From the NCBI GenBank assembly GCA_017518935.1, contig JAFWTK010000223.1, positions 1,503-65,502 on the forward strand: a DNA stretch of 64,000 bases, given 5' to 3'. Under the pieces are notes generated by a model that saw nothing but the letters and a program-made list of their open reading frames with translations, was not told the origin of the DNA and did no database searches. This stretch comes from Prevotella sp. (lineage in GTDB: Bacteria; Bacteroidota; Bacteroidia; Bacteroidales; Bacteroidaceae). Positions 1-9,946 of this stretch are shown piece after piece. Made by a program: the position numbers and the translations under genes. Each line of letters opens with the position of its first letter. Position 1 is the stretch's first letter.

Positions 1-119
1 AATTGTTGAATGTCCTACAGACTATGGCAGCCCTGAGTGGCAGGACCGACCTTCAGACCATCGGAGAACTGAGTAAGCAATACGAGGGTGTGCGCGTCGG
101 CTTTGACATGAAAAGATAA
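1..119 (+). CDS. 3' end of a gene entering the window; DUF4923-like (lipocalin-like) protein
   Basis: The frame from nt 3 reads LLNVLQTMAALSGRTDLQTIGELSKQYEGVRVGFDMKR* with TAA at 117-119. The C-terminus resembles Bacteroidales DUF4923 proteins (from memory). Confidence 0.55.
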   Translation, partial: LLNVLQTMAALSGRTDLQTIGELSKQYEGVRVGFDMKR

Positions 120-145
120 CGATTTAGGTATTTATACAGGCCTCC

Positions 146-222
146 TGCAAAAATATGCAGAAATGTTTGGTCGGTTGCAAAATATTATGTAATTTTGCAG
201 CCGAATTTTGTATAAATATACC
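146..222 (+). promoter_or_regulatory. argR operon promoter with candidate ARG boxes
   Basis: TTTG (166-169) lies 20 nt before TAATTTTG (190-197), matching the Bacteroidetes -33/-7 consensus. ARG-box-like 14-mers: TGCAAAAATATGCA (146-159) and TGTATAAATATACC (209-222). Confidence 0.65.
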
Positions 223-225
223 AAC

Positions 226-702
226 ATGAAAGTAAAGAGCAGCCGATTAGAGGCACTTCGGCTCATCATTTCGAGCCAGCAACTGGGTAGTCAAGACGAA
301 CTGTTGGCAGCCCTTCAGAAAGAAGGTTTCAAACTGACACAGGCCACGCTGAGTCGCGACTTGAAGCAGTTGAAGGTGGCCAAGGCCGCCTCGATGAGTG
401 GCAACTATGTCTATGTGCTGCCCAATGAGACGATGTATAAGCGAGTGAGTACCCCTAACAGCATCCGCGAGATGCTGAAAGTGCCCGGTTTTGTCAGTAT
501 CAACTTTTCAGGCAACATGGGGGTCATCAAGACACGTCCGGGCTATGCCAGTTCCATCGCTTGGAACATCGACAACAGCGACATCCCGGAGATTATCGGC
601 ACCATTGCTGGCGATGACACCATATTCATCGTCATCAAGGAAGGGGTCAGGCATCAGGATGTATCTGAGGCCCTCAGCGAAGTCGTTCCAAGCATGAGAT
701 AA
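226..702 (+). CDS. argR: Arginine repressor
   Basis: Motifs SQDELL, TQATLSRDL and GTIAGDDT. The ATG at 226 is preferred over the TTG at 208. Confidence 0.97.
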   Translation: MKVKSSRLEALRLIISSQQLGSQDELLAALQKEGFKLTQATLSRDLKQLKVAKAASMSGNYVYVLPNETMYKRVSTPNSIREMLKVPGFVSINFSGNMGVIKTRPGYASSIAWNIDNSDIPEIIGTIAGDDTIFIVIKEGVRHQDVSEALSEVVPSMR

Positions 703-752
703 ACCATAGATTTCACAGATTGATACAGAGCAAATTGAGAACAGATAATTCA

Positions 753-1364
753 ATGGAACAGGAAATAGAAATTGAAGTCCTTGTGGCAGGGCCAGAGCAT
801 GAGAAATACGTCGACACCATCTTACAGACGATTGCCGAGGCTGCCAAGGTACGTGGCACAGGTATTGCCAAACGCACACACGAATACCTGACTAAAAAAA
901 TGCAAGAGGCGAAGGCCGTCATTGCCCTAACAAAAGACGGGCAGTTTGCAGGATTCAGTTATATCGAGACTTGGGAGAACCAACAATATGTTACCACTTC
1001 CGGTCTGATTGTTCACCCTGACTACCGTGGGCACCACGTGGCTAAACGCATCAAGGACATGACCTTCTCACTGGCTCGCACCCGTTGGCCCCACGCCAAG
1101 ATTTTCTCTCTGACGAGCGGCGCCGCTGTGATGGCGATGAATACGGCATTAGGCTATCAGCCAGTGACTTTCGCCGATCTGACGGAAGACGAGGCTTTCT
1201 GGAAAGGCTGCGAAGGCTGTTGCAATGTGGATGTGCTACATCGAACAGGCCGGAAATACTGTATCTGTACGGCGATGCTGTACGATCCGACGGAACACCT
1301 GCCCGCCAAGATACCCGATGATGTAATAGAGCGCATCCGCCAGATAGATGGGAAAGAAGAATAA
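753..1364 (+). CDS. GNAT N-acyltransferase, probable N-acyl(acetyl/succinyl)glutamate synthase
   Basis: GNAT motif LIVHPDYRGHHVAKRIK and a Cys-rich C-terminus. Sits between argR and argG as is typical in Bacteroidales. ATG at 753. Confidence 0.8.
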   Translation: MEQEIEIEVLVAGPEHEKYVDTILQTIAEAAKVRGTGIAKRTHEYLTKKMQEAKAVIALTKDGQFAGFSYIETWENQQYVTTSGLIVHPDYRGHHVAKRIKDMTFSLARTRWPHAKIFSLTSGAAVMAMNTALGYQPVTFADLTEDEAFWKGCEGCCNVDVLHRTGRKYCICTAMLYDPTEHLPAKIPDDVIERIRQIDGKEE

Positions 1365-1402
1365 TATATAATATAAGGTATAATATAATAAGGAAAAAAG
1401 AT

Positions 1403-2605
1403 ATGGCAAACAAGAAAGTTGTAGTAGCCTTTTCTGGTGGGCTTGATACCAGTTATACCGTGATGAAACTGACCCAGGACGGCTGGGATGTGTATGCCGC
1501 CTGCGCCAATACCGGTGGTTTCAGCGAGGAACAGTTGAAGAAGAACGAGGAGAACGCCTATAAATTGGGCGCCGTGAATTATATCACCCTCGACGTGACA
1601 CAGGAGTACTATGCCAAGTCGCTGAAATACATGATTTTCGGCAACGTGCTACGCAACAACTGCTACCCCATCAGTGTCAGCAGTGAACGTATCTTCCAGG
1701 CCATCGCCATTGCCCGTTATGCCAAAGAGATTGGTGCCGATGCCATCGCCCACGGAAGTACGGGTGCCGGCAACGACCAGATCCGTTTCGACATGACTTT
1801 CCTCGTCATGGCTCCTGGCGTAGAGATCATCACCTTGACCCGCGACCAGAAACTGACCCGCAAAGAGGAGGTCGACTATCTGAACGAACACGGCTTCTTC
1901 GCAGACTTCACGAAACTGAAATACTCCTATAATGTAGGCATCTGGGGTACCAGTATTTGTGGCGGCGAATTACTCGACCCCACACAAGGACTGCCTGAGG
2001 ACGCCTATTTGAAGCATGTCACTGCAAAGGAACAGGAGTCACTGTTGAAGATTCAGTTTGAAAAGGGCGAGATCGTGGCAGTAAACGGTGAAAAGTTCGA
2101 CGATCACATCAGGGCCATCCAGAAGATTGAGGAAATCGGTGCTTCCTACGCCATTGGCCGTGATGCCAACGTAGGCGACACCATCATCGGCATCAAGGGC
2201 CGTGTAGGTTTTGAGGCAGCAGCCCCCAAACTCATCATCGAGGCCCATCGTCTATTGGAGAAGTCAACCCTAAGCAAGTGGCAGCAGTACTGGAAAGACC
2301 AAGTAGCCAATTGGTACGGCATGTTCCTGCACGAGAGCCAATACTTAGAGCCCGTGATGCCCGATATCGAGGCCATGCTGACCAGCAGTCAGCGCAATGT
2401 GACGGGTACAGCCATCCTGAAACTCCGTCCTTACGGTTTTGAAACTGTGGGTATCGACTCTGCCAATGACCTGACGAAGAGTAAACTCGGCGAATATGGC
2501 GAGACCCAGACAGGCTGGACAGCCGATGAGGCCAAGGGCTTTATCAAAGTATCGAGCACACCGCTGCGCGTCTATTACGGCATTCACAAAGACGAGAAAC
2601 GTTGA
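1403..2605 (+). CDS. argG: Argininosuccinate synthase
   Basis: Motifs AFSGGLDTS and HGSTGAGNDQIRF. Confidence 0.97.
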   Translation: MANKKVVVAFSGGLDTSYTVMKLTQDGWDVYAACANTGGFSEEQLKKNEENAYKLGAVNYITLDVTQEYYAKSLKYMIFGNVLRNNCYPISVSSERIFQAIAIARYAKEIGADAIAHGSTGAGNDQIRFDMTFLVMAPGVEIITLTRDQKLTRKEEVDYLNEHGFFADFTKLKYSYNVGIWGTSICGGELLDPTQGLPEDAYLKHVTAKEQESLLKIQFEKGEIVAVNGEKFDDHIRAIQKIEEIGASYAIGRDANVGDTIIGIKGRVGFEAAAPKLIIEAHRLLEKSTLSKWQQYWKDQVANWYGMFLHESQYLEPVMPDIEAMLTSSQRNVTGTAILKLRPYGFETVGIDSANDLTKSKLGEYGETQTGWTADEAKGFIKVSSTPLRVYYGIHKDEKR

Positions 2606-2641
2606 TTTTTCGACTACGAATTTCACGAATTACACTAATTT

Positions 2642-3607
2642 ATGATTAAAGTTGGAATACTTGGTGCAGCAGGCTATACAGGCGGTGAACTTATCCGTCT
2701 GCTGCTCAACCACCCTGAGGCAGAGATTGTCTTCGCCAATTCGGAGAGCAATGCAGGGAACCTGGTAAGCGATGTCCATGAGGGTCTTATCGGTGAAACG
2801 GATCTAAAGTTTACTGATCAGATGCCCTTTGAAGATGTTGATGTCCTATTTTTTTGTTTTGGTCATGGTAAGAGTGAAGCCTTCTTGAAGGAACACACCA
2901 TCCCAGAGAACGTGAAAATCATCGACCTCGCCCAAGATTTTCGCATCAAAGGCAATCACGACTATGTGTATGGCCTACCTGAGATTAACAAAGAAGAAAT
3001 CACAAAGGCACAGCACGTGGCCAATCCCGGCTGTTTTGCTACCTGTATCCAAGTGGCATTACTACCTGCCGCCCATCTGAACCTTTTGAAAGAGGATGTG
3101 GCTGTCAATGCCATCACGGGCTCGACGGGAGCAGGCCAGAAACCTAGTGCTACTACCCACTTCTCATGGCGCAACAACAACCTGAGCATCTACAAGCCCT
3201 TCCAGCATCAGCATTTAGCAGAAATCCGCCAGAGTCTGAAACAGACTCAGGGTTATCTGGATGCTGACATCGACTTCATCCCCTATCGTGGTGACTTTGC
3301 CCGAGGAATCTTCTGCACGGCTGTCATCAAAACCAAGGTTCCCATTGAGGACATCATTGCGGCCTACAAGGACTTCTACAAAGATACTGCCTTCACCCAT
3401 TACAGCGACAAGTCCCTCGACCTGAAACAGGTAGTGAACACCAACAAGGCCCTAGTACATGTAGAGAAATACGGTGAAAAACTGCTCGTTACCTCCTGCA
3501 TCGACAACCTTCTGAAAGGTGCCGTCGGACAGGCGGTGCAGAACATGAACATCATGTTTGGCATTGACGAGACGGCAGGGCTGAGATTAAAGGCTTCTGC
3601 TTTCTAG
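2642..3607 (+). CDS. argC: N-acetyl-gamma-glutamyl-phosphate reductase
   Basis: Motifs GAAGYTG, ANPGCF and DNLLKGAVGQAVQNMN. Confidence 0.97.
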   Translation: MIKVGILGAAGYTGGELIRLLLNHPEAEIVFANSESNAGNLVSDVHEGLIGETDLKFTDQMPFEDVDVLFFCFGHGKSEAFLKEHTIPENVKIIDLAQDFRIKGNHDYVYGLPEINKEEITKAQHVANPGCFATCIQVALLPAAHLNLLKEDVAVNAITGSTGAGQKPSATTHFSWRNNNLSIYKPFQHQHLAEIRQSLKQTQGYLDADIDFIPYRGDFARGIFCTAVIKTKVPIEDIIAAYKDFYKDTAFTHYSDKSLDLKQVVNTNKALVHVEKYGEKLLVTSCIDNLLKGAVGQAVQNMNIMFGIDETAGLRLKASAF

Positions 3608-3683
3608 AGATAGTGCGCCTGCTAAAGATAAAAAAATAAAGTACGTTCCTAGATGCACTGAAGTACACCAGTATAGAAACTAT

Positions 3684-3730
3684 CCGCAAAAATAAAGTCT
3701 CGGTTCTGATCCGAGGCTTTATTTTTGCGG
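3684..3730 (+). terminator. Long stem-loop terminator after argC
   Basis: CCGCAAAAATAAAGTCTCGG-loop-CCGAGGCTTTATTTTTGCGG inverted repeat with A/T tracts. Confidence 0.75.
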
Positions 3731-3857
3731 GTTATCATTACACTTATTTCGAGTATTTCTAACGAAAAAGATATTTTAAGATGTTACACAAACTTTGCAA
3801 AATGTATCTATTATAAAATTTGTTATAAATCGGCATTTCTTATTAGAAAATATTAAT

Positions 3858-3865
3858 TAAATTTG
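3858..3865 (+). promoter_or_regulatory. -7 promoter element of the fasciclin/SusCD locus
   Basis: TAAATTTG matches TAnnTTTG, about 70 nt before the ATG at 3934. Confidence 0.55.
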
Positions 3866-3933
3866 CATCCGCAACGAATCAAAATACCATAACGCAACAA
3901 ACAATAACCAACAAAAATAAAGTAACAAAATTT

Positions 3934-6609
3934 ATGGAACAGAGACAAATCGCAAAACAATGGCGTCAGTGGCTTATTGCCGCCTGCGGACTGCTGATGG
4001 GAGCCTCAGTTTTTCAGGGATGTAAGGACGACTTCGTGCTTACTGGACAACCTGAATGGCTGGGAAACTCCATTTATGAGCGTCTGGAGGAAGATGGCAA
4101 TTACACCACAATGCTAAAGTTGATTGACGACTTGGGACAACAAGAGGTTCTCAGCCACACAGGTTCAAAGACCCTGTTTGTCGCCAACGACTCAGCGTTC
4201 AAGCAATGGTTTACAAAAAACCCTTGGGGCGTAAACCGTTACGAACAACTATCCTTGTCGCAGAAAAAACTTCTGCTTAACAATTCAATGATTAACAATG
4301 CCTATCTGATTGAGTTGATGTCGAATGGCAGACCTCAAGGTGATGACAACGCTCCAGAAGAGGGGCGTACCATGCGCCGTGAGACAGCGACGAGCATCTA
4401 TGACTCCGTACAGATTCTGAAACCCAGTCAGATGCCGAACACTCAGGTATGGGCCAAGTTCAAGGACAACGGCAAGAGCATTCCCATTTTGAAGGATGCC
4501 ACAACCGCTCCGATGATTCATTTCCTGCCCGTTTTCATGAAAATCAACAAGATGACGTCTTCAGACCTTGACATTCTGACGAATCACCAGGCCAACGACA
4601 TCAACGAAGCATGGGTAAATGGCAAGAAAGTCGTGGAGCGTGACATCACCTGTAAAAATGGTTATATCCAAAAAGTAGACGGCGTGTTTGAATCGTCTCC
4701 CAATATGGCAGAGATTATCCGCCAACACCCAAACATGTCCCACTGGTCACAGTTACTCGACAGGTTCAGTGCTCCTTATTATAATGCAGCCGGCACCAGG
4801 GAGTACAACCGACTTTACAACAATCAGGACTCCGTCTATACACTCCGCTACTATAGCAGCCAGTCTTCTGGCGGTTCAAACGTTTCCACGCCAGATGGCA
4901 AAGCGGTAAATGTCATGCTGAGATTCGATCCAGGATGGAATCAATATATCAACAACACGACGGGAAACTCTCTGAGTTATGATGCAGGTGCTATGTTTGT
5001 TCCCACAAACGAAGCCCTGGAGAACTGGTGGAATAATGAAGGCAAGGCTCTTAAGGAAGAATATGGTGTCATTGACAGCATCCCCGAAACCACAATGGCT
5101 AAACTCATCAACGTCAACATGCTGCCCGTATTCACGGAGACCGTCCCTTCGAAATTCGACAAAATATTGAACGATGCCAAAGAAGAAATGGGTGTCAAGA
5201 TAACAGATGTGGACTCCTGCTTTATGGGCTGTAATGGCGTAGTCTATATGACAAACCGCGTCTTCACCCCGGCAGAGTTCGCTTCCGTAGTCAATCCGGC
5301 CCTGTTCCATCCATCCACCATGAATGTGATTTATTGGGCAATTTCTGCAGCCTCACTTGGAGGTAGTGCTAAGTTGAACTTCCTGCCTTATCTGCTTTCT
5401 ATGCAGTCGAGGTATAGTCTGATTTTGCCTTCTAACAATGCGATGCTACAGTATCTAGATTTTGCCAGTTATAATACTGAGAACGTATCTTCTCCAACAG
5501 TCCTTGAATTTTACTACGACGAGAAAAAGACTATGACTCAGAAAGTCCAAGCCCGTCGTTACCAATGTACGATTGATGAAGACGGCAACATCACCTTGGG
5601 TGACATCATTCAGGACAATGTGACTTCTGACGTGATCATCGATTGTCTGTCTCGACTGATGGATCAGTTGATCATTGTCGGCGACATTGAGGATGGTCAC
5701 GAATTCTATAAGTCAAAGGGCGGTACTCTCCTCCGAGTCACCAAGTCCCCAGACGGTAGGCTGGCTTTTGCCGGTGGTTGGCAGACAGATCACAACAAAA
5801 AAATATTGCCCGTTAACAAAGATGATATTTATACGAAAACAAATGGTAAGTCTTATATTTTAAATGAGCAGGCGCCAATAGCAACTGAAAAATCTGTCTA
5901 TATGACCCTACAGGAAAGGCCAGAGTTTTCGGAATTCCTAAACCTCTTGGAGGGTTCAGATCTTTTAAAGACTAAATCAGGAAGTAGGAATGCAGGTCTG
6001 AACAAACAAGGCAATATGAACCTGTCCCTGTTTGACAACTATAATTACACGGTCTATGTGCCTACTAACGAATCCATCAGGAAACTGATTGATGACGGTT
6101 TGCTGCCCACATGGGATGACTATGATGCTTATAACGACTCAACCTATCAAGGCACTGAAGAAGAAGCCAAGGAAGCCCAGGCCCTCATCAAAAACATTAT
6201 TGTCGACTTCATCCGCTACCACATACAGGACCATTCCATTGCCATTAACATGGCCCCTGAGATATACGATGAAGAAAGAGATGGTGAGATTGTTAGGAAA
6301 ATACCAAGATATCAAAACGACTACGAGACGATGAGACGTAACCCGGAGACGAGCCGTTTCTATTCTCTCACCGTCAATCACGAGGGTGGCCAAATGTGGG
6401 TACAAGACGTGCTTGGTAAAAAGCACAATGTCGTGAAGACCGAGGGGCTCTACAATCGCATTTGCCGCGAGTATTGGTACAAAGGTACAGGTAATGCCGC
6501 CACGACTTATCAGGCATCTGATGCTGTCGTCCATCAGATAGACGGTGTACTTCTCGTCGAAGAGATGACGCCTTGGAAGAGCAAACTTAATAAAGTAAGG
6601 AGAAAGTAG
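3934..6609 (+). CDS. Fasciclin (FAS1)-domain lipoprotein, putative surface glycan-binding protein
   Basis: Lipobox (FQG-C-KDD). Repeated FAS1 motifs TLFVANDSAF, MFVPTNEA, YTVYVPTNES, NGYIQKVD and VVHQIDGVL. Confidence 0.8.
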   Translation: MEQRQIAKQWRQWLIAACGLLMGASVFQGCKDDFVLTGQPEWLGNSIYERLEEDGNYTTMLKLIDDLGQQEVLSHTGSKTLFVANDSAFKQWFTKNPWGVNRYEQLSLSQKKLLLNNSMINNAYLIELMSNGRPQGDDNAPEEGRTMRRETATSIYDSVQILKPSQMPNTQVWAKFKDNGKSIPILKDATTAPMIHFLPVFMKINKMTSSDLDILTNHQANDINEAWVNGKKVVERDITCKNGYIQKVDGVFESSPNMAEIIRQHPNMSHWSQLLDRFSAPYYNAAGTREYNRLYNNQDSVYTLRYYSSQSSGGSNVSTPDGKAVNVMLRFDPGWNQYINNTTGNSLSYDAGAMFVPTNEALENWWNNEGKALKEEYGVIDSIPETTMAKLINVNMLPVFTETVPSKFDKILNDAKEEMGVKITDVDSCFMGCNGVVYMTNRVFTPAEFASVVNPALFHPSTMNVIYWAISAASLGGSAKLNFLPYLLSMQSRYSLILPSNNAMLQYLDFASYNTENVSSPTVLEFYYDEKKTMTQKVQARRYQCTIDEDGNITLGDIIQDNVTSDVIIDCLSRLMDQLIIVGDIEDGHEFYKSKGGTLLRVTKSPDGRLAFAGGWQTDHNKKILPVNKDDIYTKTNGKSYILNEQAPIATEKSVYMTLQERPEFSEFLNLLEGSDLLKTKSGSRNAGLNKQGNMNLSLFDNYNYTVYVPTNESIRKLIDDGLLPTWDDYDAYNDSTYQGTEEEAKEAQALIKNIIVDFIRYHIQDHSIAINMAPEIYDEERDGEIVRKIPRYQNDYETMRRNPETSRFYSLTVNHEGGQMWVQDVLGKKHNVVKTEGLYNRICREYWYKGTGNAATTYQASDAVVHQIDGVLLVEEMTPWKSKLNKVRRK

Positions 6610-6610
6610 T

Positions 6611-9600
6611 ATGATTGCTTTTAAAAGATATATAATGTTATTGGCACTGATGGCAGTCACAGTCATCAGCGCACAGGCACAAGAAATCACGTCTGTTCAC
6701 GGTAACGTAAGCGATGAGATGGGGCCCCTGATGGGTGCCACTGTCTGCGAGATTGACGGCAACGGACGTATCATCGAGTCGGCCGTCACCGACCTGAACG
6801 GTAACTTCACGATGAAGGTCAGGAACTCTAAGGACAAAATTCGGTTCAGTTATGTGGGTATGAAAACCATCACCCAGCCCATCAACAAGACGAATTTCAA
6901 GATTGTGATGACCGATAACACCACGATAGCCCCTGTTACCATCAAGTCTCAGAGACGTGTCCAAGGTAATGGTCTGCCAATTCCGCAACGAGAGGTGGCC
7001 AATGCGACCCAGAACTTCTCAATGAAGGAAGTGGAAGGTCTATCTTTCACGACCATCGATGAGGCTATGCAGGGACGTATCGCCGGTCTTGACATCATCG
7101 GCAACTCCGGTGACCTTGGCTCCGGTTCCACCATGCGACTGCGTGGTGCCTCGTCACTCTCGACGCTGACGGACGCCAACCCGCTGATTGTTGTGGATGG
7201 TAATGTGAGACAAGTCAGCCTCCAGAACTTTGATATTGCCAACGCCAACAATGAGAAGTTCGCCGAGTTGTTGAATATCAACCCGGAAGACATCTCAGAC
7301 ATCCGCGTACTGAAAGACGCCGCTGCTACGGCCATCTACGGTTCGCAAGGTGGCAATGGTGTCATCGAGTTGACAACCAAGCGTGGTGCCAGAGGTAAAC
7401 CTAGACTCCAATACTCCCTGAAACTGACCGGTACTTATCAGCCGAAGGGTTACAACCTGCTAAATGGTGACGACTATACGATGCTTTTGAAGGAGTCGTA
7501 CTTCAATCCAGAGCAGAGCGATGCGGCCGCAGATATTCCTGAACTGAACTACGACCCGTCGTTCTCAGAATACGAACAGTACAACAACAATACTGACTGG
7601 CGCGATGCAGTCACTCAATGGGGTCTCCGTCAAAACCACTATGTTACTGTGAGCGGTGGTGGTGAAAAAGCCCTCTTCCGCATCGGTGCCGGTTACGACC
7701 ACGAGACGGGTACGATGATTGAGCAGAAACTACAGCGTTTCTCCACCCGTGTGGCCCTCGACTATAATGTCAGTGAACGCATCCGCGTAAGCACCAACTT
7801 CTCCATGACTTATACCAAGAACGACCGTAACTCCGACGGTCTGCTCGACATTGCTATGAAGAAGATGCCGAATATGAGCATTTACGAACAGGATCCTGTG
7901 ACAGGTGAGAATACTTCTTCCTATTATACCATGCTGCAGAGCGGTAGTTCAGTCTTCAACAACGACCAGAAGACCTATGTCAACCCTGTCGCCAGTGCGC
8001 ACTTGGCCAAGAACCAACAGAGCACTTACGACATGCAGCCGGAGTTGATTATCCAGTACCAACTTCTTGGTATGGACGACGACCACTGGCAATTAAACTG
8101 GCGTGGTCAGGTCTATCTGAACATCAACAACGGCTACTCGAACAGATACTATCCGCAGGAACTGAAATCTGTTTCCTGGGATCAGGGTGTCAACACGACC
8201 TCCGATAGTTCTTCAAAGAGCGTATCCTTTAATACCAAGCAGACGCTGACTTTGATTCCGTCCTTCAAAAACAAGGATCACTCTTTTATGATGTTAGGAC
8301 GTTTTGAATTGAACAGTGGTACTTCCACCAGTCAGTCAGAAGACAAGAAGGGTGTTCCTACAGGTATTACCACGACTCAAGGCGGTGGTTTGATTACCAA
8401 CCTGAGTTCTAACTTCAGTCAGCATCGCTCTATGTACTTTACGGCATCAGCACACTATGCCTATAAGGGACGTTATATCATCGACGGTTCTCTGCGTGCT
8501 GACGGTACCACAAAATTCGGCCCGAGCAGTCGCTGGGGATATTTCCCCTCACTCTCCTTGAAATGGATCATCAGTGATGAGCCTTGGATGGAGCCTACCC
8601 GCAAATGGCTGTCCATGTTCGCCATCCGTCCCAGTTGGGGCCGTTCGGGTCAGCAGCCTGGTCAGGACTACCTCTACACCTCGAAGTATGGATCTACGGA
8701 CAGATACATCGACATGCAGGCTATGAAGCCGAACAACATTCGCCTAACCGACATGAAATGGCAAATCACCGAAAGTTGGAATGGCGGTATTGACTTAGGC
8801 TTCTTCAACGACCGTCTGACTGTAACCATCGAGGGTTACTCACAGACGACAAAAGACATGCTGTTGTCTAACTACCGTATTCCCTCCAACACAGGATATG
8901 AGAATGTGGCCTACACAAATCTGGGTAAGATGCGTAATACCGGTTGGGAGTTCCATATCAGTTCCAATCGCGTCATTACCGTCGGTAAGAAATTCTGGGT
9001 AGATGTGAACGCCAACTTCGGTAACAACCGCAATGAGTTGCTGGAACTCGACGAACTGACACTGGACAATTATAACACCGTCTTTGGTTTCTCGAACGAC
9101 GAGACCTTGCAACGTGTACAGTTACATAACCCGTTAGGAGCCATCTATGGATTCCGCTACAAGGGCGTTTATCAGTACAACTATTCTACCTTTAAACGCA
9201 TGACGCCTGAAGAGCGCACCCAGTTTCTCGCAGAAGGAAAGACCGCACCTGTTGCCATCGGTGCCGACGGAAACCTTATCGTTGACGGTAAGGGTGACCC
9301 CGTCCGCATGATGTTCAACTACACCAACGATGCCACGGGCCGAAACTACCGTTTCAACGGTGGTGATGCAATCTATGAGGATGTCAACCATGACGGTCAA
9401 ATCAACGCACTCGACATCGTCTATCTTGGTTCTTCACTGCCTAAGTTAACGGGTGGCTTTGGATTCTCCTTCACCTATGGCGACTGGCGTCTGAGCACCC
9501 AGTTCACCTACCGTTTTGGCAATAAGATTATCAACAGGGCCCGTCTGCACGCCGAAGCCATGACTGGTAACGACAATCAGAGTCAGGCCGTGAACTACCG

Positions 9601-9934
9601 CTGGCGTAAGGAAGGCGACATTACGTCAATCCCACGTGCCATGTACGGCAGCAACTCAAACTATAACACGCTGATTAGCGACCGCTTTGTAGAAGACGGT
9701 TCTTATCTGCGTATGGGTTATGCACAACTGAACTACAACATCCGTAGGAAATACGCACAGGCACTTGGTGTCAACCGTATCAGTCTGTATTTGAGTGCCA
9801 ACAACCCATTTGTCCTCACGAAATACTCTGGTGTTGACCCGGACATCTCAAGCGGCGGTTACTCTCCCGCTATCGACAGCGCACAGACTCCACGCTCGCG
9901 TTCTTACACTTTAGGTATCACTGTTGAGTTCTAA
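6611..9934 (+). CDS. SusC/RagA TonB-dependent transporter
   Basis: Signal peptide; plug motif VLKDAAATAIYGSQGGNGVIELTTKRG; DRFVEDGSYLR; C-terminal Phe. Confidence 0.95.
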   Translation: MIAFKRYIMLLALMAVTVISAQAQEITSVHGNVSDEMGPLMGATVCEIDGNGRIIESAVTDLNGNFTMKVRNSKDKIRFSYVGMKTITQPINKTNFKIVMTDNTTIAPVTIKSQRRVQGNGLPIPQREVANATQNFSMKEVEGLSFTTIDEAMQGRIAGLDIIGNSGDLGSGSTMRLRGASSLSTLTDANPLIVVDGNVRQVSLQNFDIANANNEKFAELLNINPEDISDIRVLKDAAATAIYGSQGGNGVIELTTKRGARGKPRLQYSLKLTGTYQPKGYNLLNGDDYTMLLKESYFNPEQSDAAADIPELNYDPSFSEYEQYNNNTDWRDAVTQWGLRQNHYVTVSGGGEKALFRIGAGYDHETGTMIEQKLQRFSTRVALDYNVSERIRVSTNFSMTYTKNDRNSDGLLDIAMKKMPNMSIYEQDPVTGENTSSYYTMLQSGSSVFNNDQKTYVNPVASAHLAKNQQSTYDMQPELIIQYQLLGMDDDHWQLNWRGQVYLNINNGYSNRYYPQELKSVSWDQGVNTTSDSSSKSVSFNTKQTLTLIPSFKNKDHSFMMLGRFELNSGTSTSQSEDKKGVPTGITTTQGGGLITNLSSNFSQHRSMYFTASAHYAYKGRYIIDGSLRADGTTKFGPSSRWGYFPSLSLKWIISDEPWMEPTRKWLSMFAIRPSWGRSGQQPGQDYLYTSKYGSTDRYIDMQAMKPNNIRLTDMKWQITESWNGGIDLGFFNDRLTVTIEGYSQTTKDMLLSNYRIPSNTGYENVAYTNLGKMRNTGWEFHISSNRVITVGKKFWVDVNANFGNNRNELLELDELTLDNYNTVFGFSNDETLQRVQLHNPLGAIYGFRYKGVYQYNYSTFKRMTPEERTQFLAEGKTAPVAIGADGNLIVDGKGDPVRMMFNYTNDATGRNYRFNGGDAIYEDVNHDGQINALDIVYLGSSLPKLTGGFGFSFTYGDWRLSTQFTYRFGNKIINRARLHAEAMTGNDNQSQAVNYRWRKEGDITSIPRAMYGSNSNYNTLISDRFVEDGSYLRMGYAQLNYNIRRKYAQALGVNRISLYLSANNPFVLTKYSGVDPDISSGGYSPAIDSAQTPRSRSYTLGITVEF

Positions 9935-9946
9935 AAAGATACGAAT